Positions 8,839 to 16,665 of a stretch of DNA of 64,000 nt are shown piece after piece. The notes below the pieces were generated by a model that had not been told where the DNA came from, made no database searches, and worked only from the letters and a program-made list of their open reading frames with translations. The stretch is from an uncultured Clostridia bacterium (GTDB lineage Bacteria; Bacillota; Clostridia; Oscillospirales; Ruminococcaceae): assembly GCA_947628615.1 (NCBI GenBank), contig CANRAO010000002.1, positions 51,156 through 115,155 on the forward strand. Direction: 5' to 3'. Within the stretch, counting starts at the first letter, position 1, and the number at the start of each line of letters is the position of its first letter. The position numbers and the translations under genes are program-made.

Positions 8839-10911
8839 CTAAGTAGCTGATGTAGGATTAGGGTTAGGATTAGGATTAGGGTTAGGGTTAGGATTTTGAT
8901 CGTATCCAGCAATAATTGAATCAACAATAGTCTGACCAGTTGTTGTAATTTTATTATTAATCCTATCAAATAATCCTGTTCCACCTACAGTAGTAACACC
9001 ATTATCCCAATAAGCAGTTACTATACCTAAATCTGCTGCATAATAATTTAACCAATAATCATAATTAGTTACCTGTACTAAATTATTACCAATAGTTCCA
9101 TCACTATTAGTAACAGATTTAAGCAAAGGACCATATTCACCTATGAAAACTGGCATACCTAAATTCCTTGCAAAATTGCTAATTGCGGTAAACTGAGCCT
9201 CCATATATGCTTTTCCACCGTATTCAGCATTTTCATCCCATATACTTGTACCATTTTCATATAGTGCAAAGGGTTGTGGATCATAATAATGAACATCAAG
9301 CATTAATCTGTCAGGTGTTGGATCTGCTGGCTTTGTGAATCCAGCAATGGTATAACCAATATTTGTAGCAAATCCTACAACCATCAATACACGGTCATCA
9401 TTATTTGTTCCTTCAGCATTACGTACAGCTTCAACAAATGCTGCATTAAGTGCATTTATATTGCTGTATTCATTTGCTGTTGGATTAGAAAAAGTATAAT
9501 TAGCAAGCTCATTAGCAGCCTCAAATACTAATTTTTGATCATAACCTGCAAAATTATTAGCTATATCTGTCCATACAGCTGCAAATTTGTTCTTGATTGC
9601 CTCAAATTCAGTACCTGTTTTGGTTATATCAATCCAACTTCCCGGTGTATTTAAATCACCATCATTATGGATATTGATTACAACGTACATACCAAGATTA
9701 TATGCATAGTTTACTACCTGCTGAATTCTTGCCATATAAGCGTCATCGATCTGGTTATTACCGTCAATCATATTCAAATATGAAATAGGTATTCTGACTG
9801 TATTAAATCCGGCTTCCTTTACAGCTTGAATAAGCTTCATAGTTGTTTTTGGGTTGCCCCAAGCCTTCTCATTAACACCCTTATCGTCAGATGCCTCAAG
9901 TGAGTTACCTAAATCCCAAGCAAGACCCATATTTGAAGCGATTGTTGAAGCCGTCTGTCCTGTTACAGGATTTGAAACTATGCCTTCAGTGTTATCATAT
10001 ACCTTAATCTCTGTAACTGTACACATATCATATGCAGCTATAAAGCTGGTGACAGAGTTAGGTACTTCTGTGGTAAAGGTATATGTGCCTTCTTCCAAAT
10101 CTACATAGTTTGGATCAACAGCTACATATATCATATTACCTTCATCATCAAGTTCGCCAGTTGGCAGCATGATTTCTGCTTGTGCAAAGTTACCCTGCTC
10201 ATCAACGCTCTCTTTTGCATATGTAACTGTTACGTCAATTGTTGGATTTGTCCATGCATTCAAATCAATTGCGGTAACCTCAATGTTCCACTCATTACCA
10301 CTAACTGTTGCTGCACCTGTAGGGTTTACTGTGAAATTACTTGCAGTACCCTTAGTCCAGCTACCTGTAGCGGTAAATGGCTTCTGAACATATTCGCCTG
10401 ATATTAAATCAAGTGATACTATAGTTACCTCTGATGTACCAAGCTGTGCTCCTGTCTGAAGGTTAATACCATAAGGTGTTGCACCCTCTGCAAGTTTGCT
10501 CTCAATTACTGAAATAGGAACATTTACTGTGTATTCCGTTCCTGCAACAGGAGTTCTACCACCTGTCTGATCATATCCGTTAGGACCTATTGTTGTTCTG
10601 TTCCAGCCACCCCAGGCTGTGTCGTATACAAGGAACTCGAAAGTATCATTGTATCCAACATCAGGTTCACCTTCCTGAGGTTCTGCCGGTGTTCCTACAA
10701 CATCATACTTAAACGTGATCTGGAATGCAGAATCCTGATAATATTGAGTTCTTGGGTAATTACCAATGAAAGTTGCATTACCTGTGAATGGGCCCTCATT
10801 TGAAATAAGGTTTGTATCAGCGTTTGCGCTTAACGATGTGCCTCCAATGAGACTTGTTGCTGCTAATGCTGTTGCAGCAACACATGAAAGCAATTTTTTA
10901 AACTTTCTCAT
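8839..10911 (-). CDS. Secreted glycoside hydrolase family 5 endoglucanase (cellulase) with an unassigned ~330-aa N-terminal region and a terminal (PN)n linker
   Basis: GGAGG RBS and signal peptide MRKFKKLLSCVAATALAATSLIGGTSLSANA. GH5 motifs NTVRIPISY, FEAANE (acid/base) and IGEYG (nucleophile). The protein ends PNPNPNPNPNPNPTSAT*. Confidence 0.85.
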   Translation of the reverse strand: MRKFKKLLSCVAATALAATSLIGGTSLSANADTNLISNEGPFTGNATFIGNYPRTQYYQDSAFQITFKYDVVGTPAEPQEGEPDVGYNDTFEFLVYDTAWGGWNRTTIGPNGYDQTGGRTPVAGTEYTVNVPISVIESKLAEGATPYGINLQTGAQLGTSEVTIVSLDLISGEYVQKPFTATGSWTKGTASNFTVNPTGAATVSGNEWNIEVTAIDLNAWTNPTIDVTVTYAKESVDEQGNFAQAEIMLPTGELDDEGNMIYVAVDPNYVDLEEGTYTFTTEVPNSVTSFIAAYDMCTVTEIKVYDNTEGIVSNPVTGQTASTIASNMGLAWDLGNSLEASDDKGVNEKAWGNPKTTMKLIQAVKEAGFNTVRIPISYLNMIDGNNQIDDAYMARIQQVVNYAYNLGMYVVINIHNDGDLNTPGSWIDITKTGTEFEAIKNKFAAVWTDIANNFAGYDQKLVFEAANELANYTFSNPTANEYSNINALNAAFVEAVRNAEGTNNDDRVLMVVGFATNIGYTIAGFTKPADPTPDRLMLDVHYYDPQPFALYENGTSIWDENAEYGGKAYMEAQFTAISNFARNLGMPVFIGEYGPLLKSVTNSDGTIGNNLVQVTNYDYWLNYYAADLGIVTAYWDNGVTTVGGTGLFDRINNKITTTGQTIVDSIIAGYDQNPNPNPNPNPNPNPTSAT
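8854..8895 (-). repeat. In-frame hexanucleotide repeat (7 units of AGGATT/AGGGTT) encoding the (PN)n tail of GH5
   Basis: The + strand reads aggatt agggtt aggatt aggatt agggtt agggtt aggatt, which translates as PNPNPN.. on the minus strand. Confidence 0.9.
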
Positions 10912-11084
10912 AGTCTAATCCTCCTATCTGATTAAATATTTAAAAAATTGACTTCGTTCTCCGGCATAAATGCTCTAGAATCAATTATGCCTTCAAACTT
11001 GAGCGCGTCGCCGTAAACTATTGTCTGCGGCTACAATTAAATAGTGCATCGGTTAACCTTATCTTTATTTAATTGTCTGATTTT

Positions 11085-11113
11085 ACATTAATATATTATC
11101 CTTTTAATGTCAA
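11085..11113 (-). promoter_or_regulatory. Candidate sigma-A promoter of the GH5 gene (TTGACA-17-TAATGT)
   Basis: Minus strand reads TTGACAttaaaaggataatatatTAATGT, ~170 nt upstream of the GH5 ATG. The -10 element is only moderate. Confidence 0.4.
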
Positions 11114-11119
11114 TAAACT

Positions 11120-11150
11120 TGTCCCGAAATTCCATTTTATGTCTCGAAAT
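11120..11150 (-). promoter_or_regulatory. Pair of direct repeats (TGTCCCGAAAT / TGTCTCGAAAT, 20-nt period): candidate LytTR-regulator binding site
   Basis: Repeats at 11120-11130 and 11140-11150 match at 10 of 11 positions. They end 6 nt upstream of the candidate -35 and are adjacent to the LytTR regulator gene. Confidence 0.4.
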
Positions 11151-11262
11151 AACAAAATTAGCATATGTATTTTATATAAAATTTCCTAGTAATTTGTCGA
11201 TATTTTGGTCATTTCATTACCTTTTTTCAGCTTTATTCTAAAATTTTTGCCCTATCCTTTCT

Positions 11263-11967
11263 TTATAACTCCTCTACCTTCCTTTTGTATGTCGCTTCGA
11301 ATTCCTTCGACCGACCTTTCGACAACGGTATTTCATCATCGTTGTTCATAAATATTTTTTCATTCCTTATGTATGTCTTGATTTGCGATAAGTTTACTAT
11401 GTGACTTCTGTGCGGCATGAAAAAATCAAAATTGCTGAGTTCTGAATATATTTCGTTTATTATTCCTCTGCATATATAATCATTGTCATTAGTTATTACT
11501 ATTACCTCTCTCTTTTTCGTTCCGCAGGATATGTACATTATTTTGTCCGCAGATATTAGTATTTCCCTGCCGTTTAATTGCTTGAATTTTATTACGTCTT
11601 TCCTTAGAAAGTTCGCAAACCTTAGATAATCTTCTAATATCCTGCTTATTTCTGTTTCCTTGCACGGCTTTTGTATGTAGTCGAATGCGTGAACTTTATA
11701 TGCCTGTTTTAAGTATTTAAAATTGTCGGTTATAAATACTATCTGTACTTGCGGATCAATTCTTCGTATTCTTCTTGCCAGTTTTATTTCTTCTATTCCC
11801 TTTATTTCTAAAAAAATCAAATTGAATCTAATGTGAGTTTGTAATAACTCTTTTCCGTCAGTATAAGTGAATACGTGTACCTCTGCATTAAATTTTGGAG
11901 CATCTCTATATAGGATTTCAGTTATTCCTTTTGCCTCCTCATTATCATAAACAGCAATTCTATACAT
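11263..11967 (-). CDS. LytR/AlgR-family response regulator (REC-like + LytTR DNA-binding domain) with an atypical receiver
   Basis: GGAGGG RBS before the ATG at 11967 (MYRIAVYDNEE..); the ORF-track start at 12015 lacks an RBS. LytTR domain has HRSHIVNLSQIK. The receiver has FLEIKG where the LD(I/V)xMP phospho-acceptor is expected. Confidence 0.85.
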   Translation of the reverse strand: MYRIAVYDNEEAKGITEILYRDAPKFNAEVHVFTYTDGKELLQTHIRFNLIFLEIKGIEEIKLARRIRRIDPQVQIVFITDNFKYLKQAYKVHAFDYIQKPCKETEISRILEDYLRFANFLRKDVIKFKQLNGREILISADKIMYISCGTKKREVIVITNDNDYICRGIINEIYSELSNFDFFMPHRSHIVNLSQIKTYIRNEKIFMNNDDEIPLSKGRSKEFEATYKRKVEEL

Positions 11968-11986
11968 ATTATCACCCTCCAAAAAC

Positions 11987-12015
11987 ACTATACCAAAATT
12001 ATACAAGAAATTCAA
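11987..12015 (-). promoter_or_regulatory. Sigma-A promoter of the LytTR regulator gene (TTGAAT-17-TATAGT)
   Basis: Minus strand reads TTGAATttcttgtataattttggTATAGT, ~20 nt upstream of the RBS. Confidence 0.55.
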
Positions 12016-12084
12016 TACATCATTATCTATTTTTTGATATTTTTTGCAAAATTTTTATTTATTATTTACAATTATTATAAAATA

Positions 12085-12113
12085 AAGGTGAGTACCTTTA
12101 CAGTACTCACCTT
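12085..12113 (-). terminator. Second (distal) intrinsic terminator downstream of adhesin paralogue B
   Basis: 11-bp stem aaggtgagtac/gtactcacctt followed by tattttat on the minus strand. Confidence 0.65.
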
Positions 12114-12118
12114 ATAAA

Positions 12119-12156
12119 AAACAGCGTCTGAACCATCCCCGATTCAGACGCTGTTT
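12119..12156 (-). terminator. Proximal intrinsic terminator of adhesin paralogue B
   Basis: 14-bp stem aaacagcgtctgaa/ttcagacgctgttt followed by tttttt on the minus strand. Confidence 0.8.
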
Positions 12157-12158
12157 GC

Positions 12159-14300
12159 CCCACTGGGCATATATTTAGGAATATTTAGAAGGCTTTTATC
12201 TGCCGCCTTTGGAAACCATCTTGCTTTCCAAAGGCAGAGTGTGAGTGGCGTCACGCCACTACTTTACTTTTACTTTTCTGAGCTTCTTGTTCCATTTACT
12301 ATATACTTTTTGAGCCTTTCCATTTATATCTTTGTACGTTGTGTACGCGCTCACCCTGACATAGTATTTCTTTCCGCTCTTGATCTTCTTAGTGATCTTT
12401 AAAGTCTTCTTTTTTGTGTGCTTGTCGAAGATGATCTTGCTCTTCTTGAATTTCTTGTTCGTTGATACCTGGACTCTGTAGCCCTTGGCTTTCTTGACCT
12501 TCTTCCAAGATACTGTGATCGTCTTCTTTGCTTTGCTCTTTACTTTGAGCTTTTTAATCTTTGCCTGCCTCATTTGACTCTTAGCTTTTGCTTTTGCTGC
12601 TTTTACTGCATCTGCTTTGCTGGTTGTCTTTACAATAACATTATTATTTACCGGCGGCTTATTAACGTTAGTGCCGACATTATTGTTGTTATTGTTTACG
12701 CTAGGCTTTTCACTTGGACTCGTAGGTTTTTCCTTAAGTCCACTGATTGCTTCCTCTATGGCTGCTTTCGCTGCCTTGAGGTCTCTAACTGTTAAGTTAG
12801 AATTTTGTTTTGCTATTAATCCTTTTGCTTCATTAATGGTTTCTGATAGTTTTGCATAACTATCTTCTGTGTATTTACTACTATCAATTGCTTCTGCTTC
12901 TTCTACTGCTTTACTTAATTCATCTTTAGCTGCTTGTATTGCATCTGTGTCTTTCTTAAGACCATTTACAGCGCTAGTGAGATTATCTGATGCTTCCTCT
13001 AAATCTGATACTTTTGAATCTACTGTAACACTCTTAGCTGCTTCTATTGCATCTGTCAATGCTTGATAGCTATCTGCTGTGTAGCTTTCTGAATCCAATG
13101 CCTCTGCGCTTTCTATTAACTTCTGCAAATCGCTCAGCATTTTTTCTTTATCTACCTCTTCAAGACGGTCAATAAATGTATTCAAATTACTTGCTGCATT
13201 AGTTATCGTTCCTCTGTCAGTTACACTTTCCAGATCATCAAGAATCGCCTTTGCAGCGTCATATGCAGCCTGCAATGCTTCTATCTGACTTGCTGTATAC
13301 TTATACTCCGGACCGTCATCAAGAATTGCTTTTGCTTTATCCACTGCTTCCTGAAGTGCAGGAACATAAGCACTGAAATCTGTTATTGGTACAAGCTTGT
13401 CATATGCTGCTTTTATCTGCTCCTTGAAGCTGTTCAACTGTTCTGACGATACTGCTCCGGTAAGTACAAAGGAAGTTGTGTATTTTTCTGCCAATTCCTT
13501 CTGCAGTTCTTCAAAACCTGAAGATGTCCATGAATCTTCTGTATAGTCTGCTTTGTTAGTATTAATATATGTATTCATTTCAGCTATGAAAGCGTTTCTT
13601 TCCTCCGGAGAAGCTAAATCTGCAGTTAATACAAGTGCTTTTATACCTTCATCAAGCTTTGTTATTGCATCTGTTATATCTGTAATCTTTGCTGCCGGAT
13701 CAGCATATACCTTCTTTGCATAATCATACAATGACATATCTGCTGTCTCATCTCCGTCAGTATCGATCACCTTATCAGTGAATACAGATGCTGCATTCCG
13801 ATGATAATCACCTTGATGAGTTTTTACCTCATCTGCCTGATCTATCACTGCCTTCAAACCGGTCTTCAGTGCTTCGTTAGGATCCTTTACCTGTACCTCT
13901 TTTACAGCTGTTGAACCCTTATATTCATCCGTACCATCTAAGCTTGCTTTGATCCAATAATGTCCTACAGCAAGGTCGTCAGAATTATATTCTAAGGCTC
14001 TTCCAGTACATTCACTATTATTATACATAGCCAATGTAACCTTATTCTTCAAATCAGCATTTTCAACATTGTCTAACTTTACAGTAACGCTTGGTTTAAA
14101 GCCGCCCTTTGTTCCGTAATTGATATCAGCACAGTTGATTTCTATGCTGCTGGTTTTACGGTCGTCTGTCAAATCTTCAATGATCATGCTTTCAGGAACA
14201 GGTGCTGTACCGCCTTTAGTTCCATCAACTATCTGCTGTTTAACGCCAGAGTCTTTTACAACGTGGATTTTGGCATCTGGAATATCTTTGAAAGTCATAA
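12159..14300. repeat. Direct repeat copy 2 (~2.1 kb), paired with 6089-8225
   Basis: See copy 1. The offset is 6,070 nt at the 3' UTR and grows to 6,074 nt at the stop codon, through a 1-nt and a 3-nt indel. Confidence 0.9.
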
Positions 14301-14775
14301 AGGCCATTTTACTAGTCCTAGCTACAGTAAAACTTACAGAAGAAGCATATATATATATATTTTTTAAAGTTGTAGAGCATTGAGAGAAAGTTAAAGCTGA
14401 AAACTCCAAATCATTTTTATTTGTATATCTAACCTCTTGTAAAGCATTTAAACCACGAAAAGCCGTTGCACCAAGAGATGCACTAGATGAAGAAGTTTTA
14501 ACAGAAGTAATACTATTGTTATTACTTAGACTAGCACTATTTAATTTTACATCCGCTTCACCATGACTATCATCATTATATTTATCAGGGAAATCTAAAG
14601 ATGTTATACTAGAAAAATCTTTACTTCCATTTAAAGAAGCTAAATAATAACCACCAGATGCATAACTAAAAGAAAAATAATCTAACTCCGTTGATGACGC
14701 ATACATAGCCCCTGTCAGCGATGTAACTGCCATTGTCGCAGCTGCTACAATGGATAAAAGTTTTTTTATAATCAT
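12259..14775 (-). CDS. Surface protein paralogue B: type-I signal peptide, divergent LRR head, then a body and Lys-rich C-terminal module identical to paralogue A
   Basis: The likely start is the ATG at 14775 (MIIKKLLSIVAAATMAVTSLTGAMYASS); the ORF track extends to 14832. The C-terminal ~525 aa (from ..QADEVKTHQGDYHRN..) are identical to paralogue A. Confidence 0.85.
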   Translation of the reverse strand: MIIKKLLSIVAAATMAVTSLTGAMYASSTELDYFSFSYASGGYYLASLNGSKDFSSITSLDFPDKYNDDSHGEADVKLNSASLSNNNSITSVKTSSSSASLGATAFRGLNALQEVRYTNKNDLEFSALTFSQCSTTLKNIYIYASSVSFTVARTSKMAFMTFKDIPDAKIHVVKDSGVKQQIVDGTKGGTAPVPESMIIEDLTDDRKTSSIEINCADINYGTKGGFKPSVTVKLDNVENADLKNKVTLAMYNNSECTGRALEYNSDDLAVGHYWIKASLDGTDEYKGSTAVKEVQVKDPNEALKTGLKAVIDQADEVKTHQGDYHRNAASVFTDKVIDTDGDETADMSLYDYAKKVYADPAAKITDITDAITKLDEGIKALVLTADLASPEERNAFIAEMNTYINTNKADYTEDSWTSSGFEELQKELAEKYTTSFVLTGAVSSEQLNSFKEQIKAAYDKLVPITDFSAYVPALQEAVDKAKAILDDGPEYKYTASQIEALQAAYDAAKAILDDLESVTDRGTITNAASNLNTFIDRLEEVDKEKMLSDLQKLIESAEALDSESYTADSYQALTDAIEAAKSVTVDSKVSDLEEASDNLTSAVNGLKKDTDAIQAAKDELSKAVEEAEAIDSSKYTEDSYAKLSETINEAKGLIAKQNSNLTVRDLKAAKAAIEEAISGLKEKPTSPSEKPSVNNNNNNVGTNVNKPPVNNNVIVKTTSKADAVKAAKAKAKSQMRQAKIKKLKVKSKAKKTITVSWKKVKKAKGYRVQVSTNKKFKKSKIIFDKHTKKKTLKITKKIKSGKKYYVRVSAYTTYKDINGKAQKVYSKWNKKLRKVKVK

Positions 14776-14991
14776 AAAAATCAACCTTTCTTTAATAAAA
14801 AAATTGCAGGCTAGTAATTTTGTAAACAACATTTAATTAATATATGCAAATCAGTTTTGCGGACAAAGCGCCTGCATACCTTATCCGTTATGCTGATATG
14901 CTGAAAAAACATCAATCACCCTCTTTGTTAAAAGCAGTAAATGCGGCATCACCCTCTTTTTTTTAATATAAAACAACATTGAGTAAAATAG

Positions 14992-15210
14992 TTATGTATG
15001 ACTAAGATTTTTAAAAGAATTATTTCTGAATATATTTGGGTCAATATCAAGAGCAATACATATCAGTAAAAACTCATCAGCAAGCATTTGCCGATTGCCG
15101 TTAAGCATTTCTGAAATAGTATCCTCATCCAATCCTGTTTTTTGAGCTATATAAATTTGTTTAATGTCGTTCTCGTTTACATAAGCATTTAATTTTTCTA
15201 CCACTTTCAT
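14992..15210 (-). CDS. XRE-family helix-turn-helix transcriptional regulator (72 aa)
   Basis: GGGGGAA RBS. HTH_3-like IKQIYIAQKTGLDEDTISEMLNGNR. It is divergent from the next XRE gene. Confidence 0.8.
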   Translation of the reverse strand: MKVVEKLNAYVNENDIKQIYIAQKTGLDEDTISEMLNGNRQMLADEFLLICIALDIDPNIFRNNSFKNLSHT

Positions 15211-15323
15211 ATAATTCCCCCTTCTAGTTCTATGAAATTAAGATGATATCTATATTATAATCTATATATTATAGAATGTCAAGGGGTTTTTAAAAATTTT
15301 TTCTTATTTTTATAGTTTTTCGG

Positions 15324-15352
15324 TTGACAATAACTAACAATTAATATATAAT
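15324..15352 (+). promoter_or_regulatory. Sigma-A promoter of the XRE-ImmA operon (TTGACA-17-TATAAT)
   Basis: ttgacaataactaacaattaataTATAAT has an exact consensus -35, a 17-nt spacer and a consensus -10. Tandem ctatattata motifs lie just upstream at ~15250-15280. Confidence 0.7.
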
Positions 15353-15384
15353 ATAATAAAATTTTTATGAAATTAGGTGGTAAA

Positions 15385-15828
15385 ATGTCACGAGAAACAA
15401 TAGCAAAGGTACTAAGAAAATTAAGACTTCAGAGCGGATTAACAGCAAACGAAGTTGGAGCTATGATTGGTAAGAGCGGAAAAACGGTCAACGCATGGGA
15501 AAATAACAGAGGTCAGCCTGATGCAGATATGCTTATGAATTTATGTGATATATATAATGTAGAAGATATTCTGTCTGAGTTCAGAGAAGTTGAAAGAGAC
15601 GCATTTGCGGTATCACATCATGAAAAGGAAGTAGTATTGGCATATAGAGAGAACACTTCTATGCAGCCTGCGGTAGACAGACTTCTTGGTGTCGAGAAAT
15701 CAAAGAAAATAACAGTATACAAAGCTGCCCGCAGTGATAACAATACAGAAGAAGACGGTTATGTTGAGCTTACACAGGAGCAGGTTGACAGTCTTGTAAA
15801 CGCTCCCGAAACGGACGATGATTTTTAG
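15385..15828 (+). CDS. XRE-family repressor-like protein (ImmR-like) with an acidic C-terminal tail
   Basis: AGGTGG RBS before the ATG at 15385 (the ORF track starts at 15367). HTH: LRLQSGLTANEVGAMIGKSGKTVNAWENNRGQP. C-terminal tail ..NAPETDDDF. Confidence 0.8.
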   Translation: MSRETIAKVLRKLRLQSGLTANEVGAMIGKSGKTVNAWENNRGQPDADMLMNLCDIYNVEDILSEFREVERDAFAVSHHEKEVVLAYRENTSMQPAVDRLLGVEKSKKITVYKAARSDNNTEEDGYVELTQEQVDSLVNAPETDDDF

Positions 15829-15953
15829 TATAAATAAAAAAGGCTCTTTATGTTAATAATACATAAAGAGAGAGTAAAGCATAAAAAGCAATTAGCATAA
15901 CAACCGTCCTAAACAAAATGTAAGCTCCTGATAATGGAGTATAATCATAAAAA

Positions 15954-16526
15954 ATGATTTACGGAAAATACAAAAATGCAAGAAATGCCGCATGGCAGTG
16001 TCTTATTGATTATAATGTAAAATCACTACCTGTTTCGGTATTGAGCATTGCAAAATCGGCAGGAATCAAAGTTATAAAAAAAAGCAAGGCAAACAAGGAT
16101 TTACTTTTGCCTTATTTGAGCGGTATTAGTTTTTTAATAGGAAATCAGTGGTACATAGTATACAATGATAACAGTACCCGTCAGCGAAACCGATTTACCG
16201 TTGCGCACGAGCTTGGGCATATCTTTCTCGGTCACGAGTTAGAAAAGAGAAATCAAATGACGCAAGCGTTCATGAAGTCAGAATCCAATGCTGAACAGGA
16301 AGCGAACATATTTGCCTCAAGACTGTTAGCACCGGCATGCGTTTTATGGGCGCTTGGCTTAAAAAACTCAACTGAGATTGCGTCTGTCTGCGATATTTCT
16401 CACACAGCGGCAAAATTTCGTGCCGAGCGAATGGAAACGCTTTACAAGCGTAACAGATTTCTTATAGCGCCTCTTGAAAGAGAGGTATACAACAATTTTA
16501 AGACATTTTTACAAAATTGCAAATAA
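15954..16526 (+). CDS. ImmA/IrrE-family (COG2856) zinc metallopeptidase
   Basis: HExxH motif in FTVAHELGHIFLGHE. Its size and its position directly after an XRE gene are typical of the family. Confidence 0.8.
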   Translation: MIYGKYKNARNAAWQCLIDYNVKSLPVSVLSIAKSAGIKVIKKSKANKDLLLPYLSGISFLIGNQWYIVYNDNSTRQRNRFTVAHELGHIFLGHELEKRNQMTQAFMKSESNAEQEANIFASRLLAPACVLWALGLKNSTEIASVCDISHTAAKFRAERMETLYKRNRFLIAPLEREVYNNFKTFLQNCK

Positions 16527-16536
16527 TATATAACAA

Positions 16537-16568
16537 AAAAGGAGAGTCATAAAGGCTCTCCTTTTAAT
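16537..16568 (+). terminator. Intrinsic terminator of the XRE-ImmA operon
   Basis: aaaaggagag/ctctcctttt stem followed by ttttaatattt. Confidence 0.7.
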
Positions 16569-16593
16569 ATTTATAAATTTTCATAAAAATAAA

Positions 16594-16613
16594 AGCAGGC
16601 AAATACCTGCTTA
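16594..16613 (-). terminator. Intrinsic terminator ending the rpsU transcript
   Basis: aagcagg/cctgctt stem, followed on the minus strand by tttatttttat. It lies ~185 nt after the rpsU stop. Confidence 0.6.
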
Positions 16614-16665
16614 GATAAACAAATATTCAACTCGTTAAAATCTTTTCAAGAACACAATCAACTTA

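Noticed and set aside
8854-8895. Telomere-like TTAGGG/TTAGGA tandem hexamers on the + strand.
   Set aside because: They are the antisense of CCT-AAC/CCT-AAT codons encoding the (PN)n tail of the GH5 gene. This is a coding low-complexity repeat, not a telomeric or structural DNA element.
6089-14300. Composite transposon formed by the 2.1-kb direct repeats.
   Set aside because: The repeats are adhesin coding sequence. I saw no transposase, terminal inverted repeats or target-site duplication.
14992-16526. Prophage or ICE.
   Set aside because: Only the XRE/XRE/ImmA regulatory module is present. There is no integrase, replication, structural or conjugation gene in the flanking 10 kb. At most it is a remnant.
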